Below, piece after piece: positions 46,252 to 58,214 of a stretch of DNA of 64,000 bases (the stretch's first letter is position 1; every line of letters begins with the position of its first letter). The notes below the pieces were generated by a model. It did no database searches. It worked only from the letters and a program-made list of their open reading frames with translations, and had not been told where the DNA came from. The DNA is from Patescibacteria group bacterium (lineage in GTDB: Bacteria > Patescibacteriota > UBA1384 > 2-12-FULL-50-11), in contig BOKZ01000001.1 in assembly GCA_016861245.1 (NCBI GenBank), positions 487,006 to 551,005 of the forward strand. Direction: 5' to 3'. Position numbers and translations under genes: made by a program.

Positions 46252-48273
46252 CTACTTCAGTTGTTGCTCAAAATCAAGGGGATTACCGCTGGTTTTACCC
46301 ATTTTTTCGCGCTCTTTTTGCATTTTCTTTAGCTTTATTACCTCATCTCGAAGAATAGCGGCGAGCTCAAATTGAAGTTCTTGGGCTGCTAGCTTCATTT
46401 GTCGCTCCTTGTCTTTAATCATAGCGTCGATATTACCTCGAGCTAATTCTTTCTCGATTTTATCTAGCCCGATCGACTCACCGATCTCGCGTTCTATGAT
46501 GCTGGTAATCGCTTTACTAACCGATTGTGGCGTGATGTTGTGTTCCTTGTTGTACGTTTCTTGAATTTTCCGTCGGCGGTTGGTTTCGTCGATTGCTTTT
46601 TTGAGCGAATCGGTAATCTGATCGGCGTAAAGTAATACTTGGCCTTGAACGTTTCGAGCGGCGCGACCGATCGTTTGAATTAAGCTCCGTTCACTACGCA
46701 AAAATCCTTCTTTATCGGCATCTAATATTGCTACAAGCGAAACTTCTGGAAGATCCAAGCCTTCGCGCAGTAAGTTGACACCAATTAAAATATCAAAGGT
46801 ACCCTTACGCAATTCGCGCAAAATCTCAACCCGTTCCAACGTTTCGATATCGCTGTGGAGATAGCGAACTTTATACTCTTTTTCTTGTAGGAAATCGGCT
46901 AGCTCTTCGGCCATCTTTTTTGTGAGTGTAGTCACTAATACTCGTTCTTGTTTCTCAACGCGGTCTTTGATGTGTCCCAATAGATCGTCGATTTGACCTT
47001 TGGCTGGACGAATTAACAGCTCTGGGTCTAGAAGACCAGTTGGCCTAATAATTTGATCAACAACATTAGTAGACTTTGTTAGCTCGTATTGCGCGGGTGT
47101 TGCCGAGGTGTAAATTACTTGGTTAACTTTTTGCTCGAATTCAGGGAATTTCAATGGGCGATTATCGCGTGCGGAAGGAAGTCTAAAACCGTGTTCAATA
47201 AGTACGTCCTTTCGAGCTCTATCGCCGTTGTACATCCCGTTCAATTGAGAGATTGTGACGTGAGATTCGTCGATTACTGTTAAAAAGTCGTCAGGAAAGT
47301 AATCGAGCAAGGTGCTCGGCGTTCGACCGGGTTCGCCGCCGTCAAAATGTCGTGAGTAATTCTCGATACCGTTGCAATACCCAACCTCGCGGATCATCTC
47401 CATATCGTAAATTGTTCGTCGTCTTAAGCGCTCTGCCTCGAGCAACTTATCGTTGGCTTCTAGGACTTTTAACCTATCTTTTAACTCACTATCAATTGAT
47501 TTGAGTGCGCGTTCGATTTGTTCTGGCGGAGTAACAAAGTGACGTGACGGGTAAATAACAGCAACGCGTAAACTTATTAACTCGTGATTTGTGACTGGAT
47601 CGATTTCAATAATATCCTCGATCGTATCGCCGAACATACCAATACGAATGATCCGTTGTGAGTTAGCCGGCATAATCTCGATGTTTTCGCCGCGAACGCG
47701 GAAATTTCCTCTCGAAAGTTCGATGTCATTGCGCTGATACTGCAAGAAAATAAGCTTGTCTATTAAAATGTCACGGCTAATTGTCTCTCCTTTACGTACG
47801 ACAATTGTTGCTTTTTGATACTCCTCAGCTGAGCCAAGGCCGTAGATACAAGAAACCGAAGCGACCACAATGACATCTTTTCGGCTTAACACCGCCTGAG
47901 TCGCAGCGTGACGAAGACGATCTATCTCGTCGTTAATTTGAGCCTCCTTTTCGATGTATGTATCCGAGTTCGGCATGTACGCTTCTGGTTGATAGTAGTC
48001 GTAGTAGCTCACGAAGTACTCGACAGCGTTCTCGGGGAAAAAGTGACGAAATTCGCTGGTTAGCTGGGCAGCTAATGTTTTGTTATGAGCAATCACTAGT
48101 GTCGGTTTTTGAGTAGCGGCGATCACATTAGCAACCGTAAATGTTTTACCAGAACCTGTTACACCAAGAAGCGTTTGATGTTTTTCGCCATTTTTTATGC
48201 CCGCACTAAGCGAAGCGATTGCTTTAGGCTGATCGCCGGCTGGTGTAACGTTACTGTTTAACTCAAACTTCAT
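46252..48273 (-). CDS. uvrB: excinuclease ABC subunit B
   Basis: [10 protein letters not shown] Walker A, beta-hairpin region, UvrB/C interaction C-terminus, 673 aa. Confidence 0.9.
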   Translation of the reverse strand: MKFELNSNVTPAGDQPKAIASLSAGIKNGEKHQTLLGVTGSGKTFTVANVIAATQKPTLVIAHNKTLAAQLTSEFRHFFPENAVEYFVSYYDYYQPEAYMPNSDTYIEKEAQINDEIDRLRHAATQAVLSRKDVIVVASVSCIYGLGSAEEYQKATIVVRKGETISRDILIDKLIFLQYQRNDIELSRGNFRVRGENIEIMPANSQRIIRIGMFGDTIEDIIEIDPVTNHELISLRVAVIYPSRHFVTPPEQIERALKSIDSELKDRLKVLEANDKLLEAERLRRRTIYDMEMIREVGYCNGIENYSRHFDGGEPGRTPSTLLDYFPDDFLTVIDESHVTISQLNGMYNGDRARKDVLIEHGFRLPSARDNRPLKFPEFEQKVNQVIYTSATPAQYELTKSTNVVDQIIRPTGLLDPELLIRPAKGQIDDLLGHIKDRVEKQERVLVTTLTKKMAEELADFLQEKEYKVRYLHSDIETLERVEILRELRKGTFDILIGVNLLREGLDLPEVSLVAILDADKEGFLRSERSLIQTIGRAARNVQGQVLLYADQITDSLKKAIDETNRRRKIQETYNKEHNITPQSVSKAITSIIEREIGESIGLDKIEKELARGNIDAMIKDKERQMKLAAQELQFELAAILRDEVIKLKKMQKEREKMGKTSGNPLDFEQQLK

Positions 48274-48283
48274 TAGTTAGTCG

Positions 48284-48312
48284 ATTGTAACAACCCTGTT
48301 TTAACCTGTAAA
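48284..48312 (-). promoter_or_regulatory. sigma-70-type promoter for uvrB (TTTACA-17-TACAAT) giving a very short leader
   Basis: Minus-strand TTTACA at 48307-48312 and TACAAT at 48284-48289, 10 nt upstream of the uvrB ATG. Confidence 0.5.
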
Positions 48313-48428
48313 ACAACATATACCCTTGACAGGTTGTATTAGGGTATCTACCTTGAGCTACAGGTAGCGACAGCAGTTACTACCGACAAATTAAGAAATA
48401 ACACTGCGGGGAAGGAGGTGAACGAATA

Positions 48429-48629
48429 ATGGCATTTAGCACCGTTTCAAAAAAGTCCGGCAAGACCTACTACCTCCATCACCGTAGCGTAACTCTACGA
48501 GGAGGTCGTCAGCAGACGATCTACTTCTTTGCTCAGGATGTCCGCGATGGCGCTCTTGACGCAGTCCCCGCAGGATACATGGTAATGGAAAACGCACGAA
48601 CTGGTCTTCCGATGTTGAAGAAGGCGTAA
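48429..48629 (+). CDS. hypothetical small protein (66 aa)
   Basis: GGAAGGAGG SD 8 nt upstream, followed by a strong terminator. Confidence 0.4.
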   Translation: MAFSTVSKKSGKTYYLHHRSVTLRGGRQQTIYFFAQDVRDGALDAVPAGYMVMENARTGLPMLKKA

Positions 48630-48647
48630 GATTGTGAGTTCTCACGC

Positions 48648-48677
48648 AAAAAATCCGCAGTTAGCTGCGGATTTTTT
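48648..48677 (+). terminator. rho-independent terminator
   Basis: atccgcag-ttag-ctgcggat followed by TTTTTTG. Confidence 0.8.
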
Positions 48678-48700
48678 GTTGTAACGGGTATATACTACTA

Positions 48701-50068
48701 GTGTTAGGAATGAAAAAATTCAACCTATATTTTGCGGTACTCTCGGTGGTCGCAGACGCAATCCTTCTCTGGGCAGCGATGTATATCGCGTATTATCTAC
48801 GCGCCGATGGGCACGAAATTTATCTCTGGCCACTCTCGAGTTATTTCACATTCGTCTTAAAGTTTATCCCGATCTGGCTTCTGATGATGGCGTATCAAGG
48901 CCTGTACCGGCTCCGTAATCCACTTAAGGGCTGGACGGCGGTAGCACGAATTATTACAGCAATATTGTCTGGTTGGGGTGTGATACTCATTTATCTATAT
49001 TTATCTCGATCGCCCGAGTCTTTAGTTTTCCCGCGACTAATCATCGCTTACGGAGCGCTGTTAACAGTAACATTTGTCTTGATCGGTCGGTCGTTACTTG
49101 ATTCGTTTCGTAAGTTTCTACACCGATACGGATACGGTTTTATACATACGGTCATTATTGCCAAATCGCCTCAAGATAGTTTCGTAATTGAAGTCCAGAA
49201 ACCCATTCATAACAGGAAGGTAAGAGCAGTTGTTACTAGCGACTTTATTAACCAGCTAAATAAGATCGAGCGTAAGGATCGGTTCGAGGAAGTGGTAGTT
49301 GCTTGGCCAGATCTCGACGAAAAAGAAGTTTTTAAGATTATCGATTGGGCTGAGTCCCATTTCGTTAACTTTGCCCAAATACCGACTTTGCTTGATGTGA
49401 AGGCATCGAGGGTTGAGCCTGGTGTACTGGCCGGCTCGCCAATTATTTACTTCCAATCATCGCCGCTTGACGGGTGGGGGAGAGTGTTTAAACGTTTACT
49501 GGACTTACTAGTTGTCACTCCCGCACTGATCGTCGCTTTACCGTTGTTTGCGGTGCTCTCTATTTTAGTGCGAATGTCGTCACCCGGTCCGATAATCTAT
49601 CGCGAACGGCGGATCGGTCAGGATGGGAGCGAGATAATGATCGGTAAATTCAGAAGTATGTACGCCGATTGGCGCGAACGATTCCCGCACGTTAAAGATT
49701 GGGCGGCCGACGAAAAAACCGATATTCGTATTACTCCGATCGGCCGGATATTACGCAAAACTAACCTAGATGAAATCCCACAACTTTGGGATGTTTTTGT
49801 TGGTCGGATGAGCTTAGTCGGACCGCGTCCCGAGCAGCCAAAATACGTTAAGCAATTTGCAGAAGAGGTGCCACAATACATTAAACGACATCACGTTAAG
49901 GTAGGCTTAACAGGCTGGGCACAGATTAACGGCTTACGAGGCAACACCCCAATTCCCGAACGAACGAAATACGATCTTTATTACATCCAGAATTGGTCGA
50001 TTTGGTTCGACATTCGAATTATTCTTGGTACGTTACTGTACATGGGGAAACAGTTATTTAGCCGATGA
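48701..50068 (+). CDS. polyprenyl-phosphate sugar phosphotransferase (WbaP/WcaJ/EpsL-like bacterial sugar transferase)
   Basis: N-terminal TM helices, C-terminal catalytic domain with PGPIIYRERRIG and LVGPRPE motifs. Confidence 0.8.
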   Translation: MLGMKKFNLYFAVLSVVADAILLWAAMYIAYYLRADGHEIYLWPLSSYFTFVLKFIPIWLLMMAYQGLYRLRNPLKGWTAVARIITAILSGWGVILIYLYLSRSPESLVFPRLIIAYGALLTVTFVLIGRSLLDSFRKFLHRYGYGFIHTVIIAKSPQDSFVIEVQKPIHNRKVRAVVTSDFINQLNKIERKDRFEEVVVAWPDLDEKEVFKIIDWAESHFVNFAQIPTLLDVKASRVEPGVLAGSPIIYFQSSPLDGWGRVFKRLLDLLVVTPALIVALPLFAVLSILVRMSSPGPIIYRERRIGQDGSEIMIGKFRSMYADWRERFPHVKDWAADEKTDIRITPIGRILRKTNLDEIPQLWDVFVGRMSLVGPRPEQPKYVKQFAEEVPQYIKRHHVKVGLTGWAQINGLRGNTPIPERTKYDLYYIQNWSIWFDIRIILGTLLYMGKQLFSR

Positions 50069-51162
50069 AAGTAGCGCTCGTTCACGACTTTTTTACACAG
50101 TGGGGCGGCGGTGAGCGCGTTTTGAAGTATTTCAGCGACATTTATCCCAATGCGCCGATCTACTTAATTGCGAAAGACCAGAAGTTAATTGATGAGTTTT
50201 TGCCAGGGAGAACCGTTATTCCGAGTTTTCTTCAAGATTATCCGGGCATGCCAGCTGCGTTTAAGTATTATCTGTCGTTAATGCCACGAGCGATCGAGTC
50301 GTTTGATCTTTCTACCTACGACGTTGTGCTATCCGACTCCTCTGCTTACGCCAAGGGCGCGATTACCAAGCCGCCGACGAAGCATATCTGCTATCTTCAC
50401 ACACCGACACGATACCTAACCAGCGACAAAGAAGAGTATCTAGCTAATGCCCCAATTCCACTACCTTTGATTGGTAGGCCGGTGGTACGAGCGATCACAA
50501 ACTCGTTGGCTAAATGGGATTTACAAGCCAGTAAGCGACCGGATTATTTAATCGCAAATTCTAATTACATCGCCGAAAGAACTAAAAAATACTACGGACG
50601 AGTACCAGATGAAGTGTTATTTCCGCCGGTTGACGTTGCAAGGTACAAAATTGCCGAACAGATCGGCGACTATTGGCTGATTTTAGGACGCAACGAGCCG
50701 TACAAACGCACCGATCTTGCGATAGTGGCTGCTAATAAACTAGGGCTAAAGCTAAAAGTTGTTGGCGGTGGAACAAAGATGCAAGAACTAAAATCGCTTG
50801 CTGGGCCAACAGTCGAATTCACGGGTCGAGTCAGCGACGACGAACTAGTTGAACTTTACTCGCATGCAATTGGACTAATTTTTCCACCAAAAGAAGACGC
50901 GGGGATGACGCCGCTAGAAGCCATGGCGAGCGGCCGACCAGTTATCGCTTACGGTGAGGGCGGCGCCCTCGAGTCGATTGTGGCGGGAGTAACGGGCGAA
51001 TTTTTTAACCAGCAATCGGTCGATTCGTTGTGCGAGGTTCTTAAAAATTTCGATATCTCTAAATACAATCCAGCAACAATCCGCGCTCACGCGATGAAAT
51101 TCGACGTCGAGAAGTTTAAAAATCGCATTCGAGATATTGTTAGCGCTCAGTTACCTAGCTGA
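50065..51162 (+). CDS. GT4-family glycosyltransferase
   Basis: C-terminal GT-B motif E..G(M)TPLEAMASGRPVIA and EX7E-like region. Confidence 0.8.
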   Translation: MKVALVHDFFTQWGGGERVLKYFSDIYPNAPIYLIAKDQKLIDEFLPGRTVIPSFLQDYPGMPAAFKYYLSLMPRAIESFDLSTYDVVLSDSSAYAKGAITKPPTKHICYLHTPTRYLTSDKEEYLANAPIPLPLIGRPVVRAITNSLAKWDLQASKRPDYLIANSNYIAERTKKYYGRVPDEVLFPPVDVARYKIAEQIGDYWLILGRNEPYKRTDLAIVAANKLGLKLKVVGGGTKMQELKSLAGPTVEFTGRVSDDELVELYSHAIGLIFPPKEDAGMTPLEAMASGRPVIAYGEGGALESIVAGVTGEFFNQQSVDSLCEVLKNFDISKYNPATIRAHAMKFDVEKFKNRIRDIVSAQLPS

Positions 51163-51224
51163 CAGCTTGCAAATTCTTCTTTATAATTCATTTACAACCT
51201 TACGGCACATAAGAGGTGTACATT

Positions 51225-51710
51225 ATGGAGAAAAAACGCAAACTTGTGGCAATTAGCCACAACTACATCGGTGAGACATTAGCTAAAAGTCTCCCCAACA
51301 AGTCGATCGAGCTTGAGCAACGAGTGGTGATCCCCATCTCTGCCGAACATCTTCTGGCTGCTCAGCAGCCGAGAGCGGGTAGATTTGAGAACCGCGACTG
51401 GATGATTCAACAAGTTCGTGATCCGGAAATCGCCGTACAATCACCGGATCTGCTATTGCTCTATATCGGCAGATCACCGATGCTCGACGCTCTCAACTTC
51501 GCAACCCTGTTCGAATCTGCAGAGATTCATTTGGTGTTAAACCGCGAACGCGACGTTGAGCTCAACTTCCAAGAGTCTTGGGATACTCGCCAATGGTCGT
51601 ACTGGCCGATTCTGCACTTCGCTGAGACGACCGGCAATTGCACGATGGCGCGTCTGGTTGATCAATTCATCAACACCGGCTTTATCCAGCCTGAACCGAT
51701 TTGGTGGTAA
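51225..51710 (+). CDS. hypothetical protein
   Basis: 162-aa ORF between glycan genes and gyrB, Trp-rich C-terminus, no motif recognised. Confidence 0.4.
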   Translation: MEKKRKLVAISHNYIGETLAKSLPNKSIELEQRVVIPISAEHLLAAQQPRAGRFENRDWMIQQVRDPEIAVQSPDLLLLYIGRSPMLDALNFATLFESAEIHLVLNRERDVELNFQESWDTRQWSYWPILHFAETTGNCTMARLVDQFINTGFIQPEPIWW

Positions 51711-51762
51711 GCCCGCGGCGACTTGTTCGCCGCTTTTTATTACTTACAAACGGGTTGCCTAA

Positions 51763-53733
<1,971 letters not shown>

Positions 53734-53799
53734 ATGAGAAAAATAACGATATCTTTATGTCTTTTCTCAATACAAGATTTCGAAATAAATAATTAATTC

Positions 53800-56397
53800 A
53801 TGGACGAAGAACTACGAAACGATTCAGCTGAGCAACTACCGGAAGAGCCGATCGAAGATACGGTAGATTCTGATACTCCCGAAATACAACCAGACGTTGT
53901 GGAGCAGCCACGAGAAGTTGTAGAGGAAAATTCAACCGAAAAAACATCGTTCGGTTTAATTAGAGCACGAACAATTAATAACGAGATGAGTGAGAGCTAT
54001 CTCGATTACGCGATGAGCGTTATCGTCTCTCGCGCTCTTCCTGACGTTCGCGACGGCTTGAAGCCGGTGCATCGTCGTATTCTTTACGCCATGCATGATA
54101 TGGGATTAACGCCGGGCGCAAAACACCGAAAATCAGCCAAGATCAACGGTGAAGTTTTAGGTAACTACCACCCGCACGGCGAGTTAGCGGTCTACGACGC
54201 GATGGTTCGTATGGCTCAGTGGTGGAGTTTGCGCTTACCGTTAGTTAACGGTCAGGGAAACTTTGGATCGATGGACGGCGACTCTCCGGCTGCATCGCGA
54301 TACACCGAGGCGCGTCTTGCGCCGCCCGCCGAAGCACTATTAGCTGATATCGAGAAAGAAACTGTCGATTATCGTGACAACTACGACGGTACACGCCAAG
54401 AACCGGTAGTTCTACCGACGCGATTACCAAATCTGTTAATCAACGGCTCACAAGGGATCGCTGTCGGTATGGCAACTAATATACCGCCGCACAATCCTGC
54501 TGAAGTTATCGACGGTCTACTTGTTCTACAGAAAAATCCAAACGCCTCGTTAGAAGAGCTGATGGAAGCAGTAAAGGGACCAGATTTTCCAACCGGCGGT
54601 ATTATTTATAACCAAAACGATATTAGAGAAGCGTTTGCAACTGGGCGCGGACGGATATTGATTCGCGGTCGCGCGGAGATTGTCGAAGATAAAAAAAGAG
54701 AACAGATCGTTGTTACAGAGTTACCGTATCAGACTAACAAAGCAACGTTTATCGTTCATATCGCCGAATTAGTTAAAGCTAAAAAAATTGAGGGTATCCA
54801 CGACATTCGCGACGAATCCGATCGCAAAGAAGGTGTCCGAGTAGTGATTGAGCTAAAAACCGGCGCCGTTTCTTCTAAAATCTTAAACCAGTTATACGAG
54901 CTAACCGAATTACAAACGGTAATCCATTACAATATGGTGGCGCTTGTCGACGGTATTCAACCGAAAGTTCTAACCCTAACTGAAGCTCTAACGGAATTCT
55001 TAGGCCACCGCACTGACGTTGTGACGCGCCGCACTAACTACGAGCTCAAAATCGCCAAGGCCAGAGCTCACATATTAGAAGGATTAAAAATCGCGCTCGA
55101 TCATTTGGACGCGATTATTAAATTAATCCGCGAGTCAGCTAACCGAGATGCCGCTAAGGCGGCGCTTATGAATTCGTACAAACTAAGCGAGATTCAAGCT
55201 AACGCTATTCTCGACATGCGTCTCTCGCAACTAGCGAACCTTGAGCGTCAAAAAATCTACGACGAATACGATGCTGTGATGAAGCTAATCGCCGATCTCG
55301 AAGATATTTTGGCTAAGCCGGAGCGAGTTGAAGCGATTATTCGTGAAGAACTCTTGGAAATGAAGAAAAAGTACGGCGATGCGCGACGAACAGAAATTCG
55401 TCCAGAAGCGCTTAACGCTATGACAGCACTCGACCTTATTCCAGAAGAAAACGTCTTAATTACGCTTACCGCCAACAACTATGTTAAGCGCTTAACCCCA
55501 GACACGTATCGTAGCCAGTCACGCGGCGGTAAAGGTGTTATCGGGATGACGACGCGCGAAGACGACGTTGTTATGGATATGATTTTTGCTTCAACTCACG
55601 ACGATATTCTCTTTTTCACCGACAAGGGTCGGGCGTTTAAGGTAAAAACCTACGAGATCCCAGCCGCAAGTCGCCAAAGCAAGGGAGTAGCGCTGCCGAA
55701 TATCATCCGGATTTTACCTGATGAGAAAGTAACAGAGATCGTAAGTGTGAAAGCGAGCGATCAATTCGATTACTTCTTCTTCGCAACACGCGAAGGTACC
55801 GTCAAACGAGTCGAGCGAAAAGCGTTTGATAACGTTCGTAAAAGCGGCGTTACAGCCGTAGGTCTAAAAGGTAAAGACCAGCTTATATGGGTAAAAAGAA
55901 CTAGCGGTAACGATGAGATCGCTCAAATAACTAAAAACGCTCAGGTGATTGTATACAACGAATCGGAAGTTCGGGCGATGGGTCGTAGCGCCTCAGGCGT
56001 ACGCGGTATTAAGCTAAAAAGTGGCGATATCGTGATCGAGACGACAGTTCTTAACGACGCCTCGCAATCAATTTGTGTTATTAGCGAGCGCGGTATCGGA
56101 AAACGAGTGTTATTAAAAGAATTCCGAAACCAACACCGTGGCGGTAGCGGTATTAGAATCGCAAAAATCACAGAAAAAACTGGCAAACTCGCCGCTGGGG
56201 CAGTGATCGAAGAAGGAGTAAACGATTTAATAATCTCCAGCGTCGGTGGTCAAGTTATCCGTATTCCCGTTAACGACGTCAAACATCTTTCAAGACAAGC
56301 ATCCGGAGTGATCCTCATGCGAACAAACGCTGGCGATACAGTAAGTACGCTCGCTGTTGTTAACCAGGAACAAGAAACCGAGAAAGAGCCATCATAA
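53800..56397 (+). CDS. gyrA: DNA gyrase subunit A
   Basis: Active-site region with catalytic Tyr context, PVHRRILYAM; beta-pinwheel C-terminal domain. Confidence 0.9.
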   Translation: MDEELRNDSAEQLPEEPIEDTVDSDTPEIQPDVVEQPREVVEENSTEKTSFGLIRARTINNEMSESYLDYAMSVIVSRALPDVRDGLKPVHRRILYAMHDMGLTPGAKHRKSAKINGEVLGNYHPHGELAVYDAMVRMAQWWSLRLPLVNGQGNFGSMDGDSPAASRYTEARLAPPAEALLADIEKETVDYRDNYDGTRQEPVVLPTRLPNLLINGSQGIAVGMATNIPPHNPAEVIDGLLVLQKNPNASLEELMEAVKGPDFPTGGIIYNQNDIREAFATGRGRILIRGRAEIVEDKKREQIVVTELPYQTNKATFIVHIAELVKAKKIEGIHDIRDESDRKEGVRVVIELKTGAVSSKILNQLYELTELQTVIHYNMVALVDGIQPKVLTLTEALTEFLGHRTDVVTRRTNYELKIAKARAHILEGLKIALDHLDAIIKLIRESANRDAAKAALMNSYKLSEIQANAILDMRLSQLANLERQKIYDEYDAVMKLIADLEDILAKPERVEAIIREELLEMKKKYGDARRTEIRPEALNAMTALDLIPEENVLITLTANNYVKRLTPDTYRSQSRGGKGVIGMTTREDDVVMDMIFASTHDDILFFTDKGRAFKVKTYEIPAASRQSKGVALPNIIRILPDEKVTEIVSVKASDQFDYFFFATREGTVKRVERKAFDNVRKSGVTAVGLKGKDQLIWVKRTSGNDEIAQITKNAQVIVYNESEVRAMGRSASGVRGIKLKSGDIVIETTVLNDASQSICVISERGIGKRVLLKEFRNQHRGGSGIRIAKITEKTGKLAAGAVIEEGVNDLIISSVGGQVIRIPVNDVKHLSRQASGVILMRTNAGDTVSTLAVVNQEQETEKEPS

Positions 56398-58097
56398 TGA
56401 CAGAAAAAAACACACTAGTATTACCCGAAGAAATTTCGGTTCGGACGCTCGCTAGCGCCATGAAAGTTGACCCGACAGTCGTAATCGGAAAGCTAATCAG
56501 TAACGGCGTGATGGCAACCATTAACCAAGCGCTCGATTACGAGACGGCAGCGTTACTAGCCGAACAGATGGGCTTTACTACTTCGCTTGAAGAAAAAACG
56601 GTCAAAATTAATAAATCTGCGCAGGGCAAAGACGCAGTCGAACGTGCCCCGATCGTTACAATTATGGGTCACGTCGATCACGGCAAGACGTCATTACTAG
56701 ATTATATTCGCCGTTCGAACATCGCTGCTGGTGAGTCTGGCGGAATTACGCAACACATCAGCGCGTATCAAATTGAATTTACTACCAGCGAGAAGCAAAA
56801 ACGCAAAATTACATTCGTCGATACCCCAGGTCATGAGGCCTTCTCGGCGCTCCGAGAACATGGCGCAACGCTTACAGATATCGTCGTATTAGTAGTTGCG
56901 GCTGACGACGGTGTTAAACCGCAAACCCTGGAAGTTATTCAACACGCTAAGAAAGCCAACGTACCGATGATTGTGGCAATTAATAAAGCTGATTTGCCTA
57001 CTGCTAATATCGATCGAGTTAAACAGCAACTCTCCGAAAACGACCTAACTCCAGAAGAATGGGGCGGCTCGACTGTCATGCTGCCGATCTCAGCCAAAAC
57101 AGGACATGGCGTACCCGAGCTTCTAGAGATGATCGCGCTCACTGCCGATCTACTTGAGTTGAAAGCCGATCCTGACGCTGTGCCGGAAGGTATAGTAATC
57201 GAAGCTAACCTCGATAAACAAGTCGGCCCGGTCGCAACAGTACTAATGTATAACGGTACGCTTCATCCCGGCCAAGTATTGGTAATCGGTTCAACCTACG
57301 GCCGTATTCGTTCGTTAGAAGACGATCTTCGCAACCGCATCAGTTCGGCTGGTCCGTCAAAACCCGCCATCATTACAGGCTTAAAAGACGTGCCGAGCTT
57401 TGGGGAGCGAATTGAGGTAGTACCGAACGAGAAAGTTGCTCGTTCTATGACACAAAGTGATGCTAAACATAAAAAACACGGCGCGAAAGAAGGCGCTAAC
57501 ACCTATAAAGTAGTGCTAAAGGCGGACGTTGGCGGAAGTTTGGCAGCCTTTGAAGACTCTTTATCTAAACTCTCGTTTAAAGACGCGACAATCGAAGTTC
57601 TTTCCAGCGGCATCGGACAAGTTAATGAAAACGATATTAATTTAGCGAAAACTTCTGGCGCAACTGTCATTTCGTTTAGAAGCGCTCCGATTAAGCGCGT
57701 TGCTGATATCGCAGAAAAAGAGGGCGTAATTCTTAAAGAGTACTGGATTATTTACGATGCTATCGAGTTTCTAAATAGTGAGCTGAAACGAATCGCTACA
57801 CCTGTTTTCGTAACAGAAGAGGTAGCGCGCCTGAAGGTATTAGCGGTCTTTAGCCGTAAAGCGAAAAACGCGATTGTCGGCGGCGAAGTAACACAGGGGG
57901 TAGTCGTGCCAAAGGCCGACGTTGCGGTTCTGCGCGAAAAAGAAGAGATCGGTACCGCCAAGCTTAAGGAAATAAAAATCGGTAAGCTAACTGTCGAACG
58001 CGCCGAAACCGGTACCCAGTGCGGTGTTTCACTTGAAGAAGTTAGCGACATCGCCGAAGGGGATATGCTGGTGTTCTCGATTACGCGAGAAGAGTAA
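56397..58097 (+). CDS. infB: translation initiation factor IF-2 (short form, no long N-terminal region)
   Basis: G-domain VTIMGHVDHGKTSLLD, DTPGHEAF, NKAD; start overlaps gyrA stop (TAATG). Confidence 0.9.
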   Translation: MTEKNTLVLPEEISVRTLASAMKVDPTVVIGKLISNGVMATINQALDYETAALLAEQMGFTTSLEEKTVKINKSAQGKDAVERAPIVTIMGHVDHGKTSLLDYIRRSNIAAGESGGITQHISAYQIEFTTSEKQKRKITFVDTPGHEAFSALREHGATLTDIVVLVVAADDGVKPQTLEVIQHAKKANVPMIVAINKADLPTANIDRVKQQLSENDLTPEEWGGSTVMLPISAKTGHGVPELLEMIALTADLLELKADPDAVPEGIVIEANLDKQVGPVATVLMYNGTLHPGQVLVIGSTYGRIRSLEDDLRNRISSAGPSKPAIITGLKDVPSFGERIEVVPNEKVARSMTQSDAKHKKHGAKEGANTYKVVLKADVGGSLAAFEDSLSKLSFKDATIEVLSSGIGQVNENDINLAKTSGATVISFRSAPIKRVADIAEKEGVILKEYWIIYDAIEFLNSELKRIATPVFVTEEVARLKVLAVFSRKAKNAIVGGEVTQGVVVPKADVAVLREKEEIGTAKLKEIKIGKLTVERAETGTQCGVSLEEVSDIAEGDMLVFSITREE

Positions 58098-58214
58098 TAT
58101 TGCGTCCCAACTAACTTGTAGCTAGTCTAAGGGTAACAGGAGGGGATTATCGATTTCTTAGAGCAGGTTTGGTACGGCTACTTACAATCAAACTTAACCG
58201 ATGGGTCACGACTG

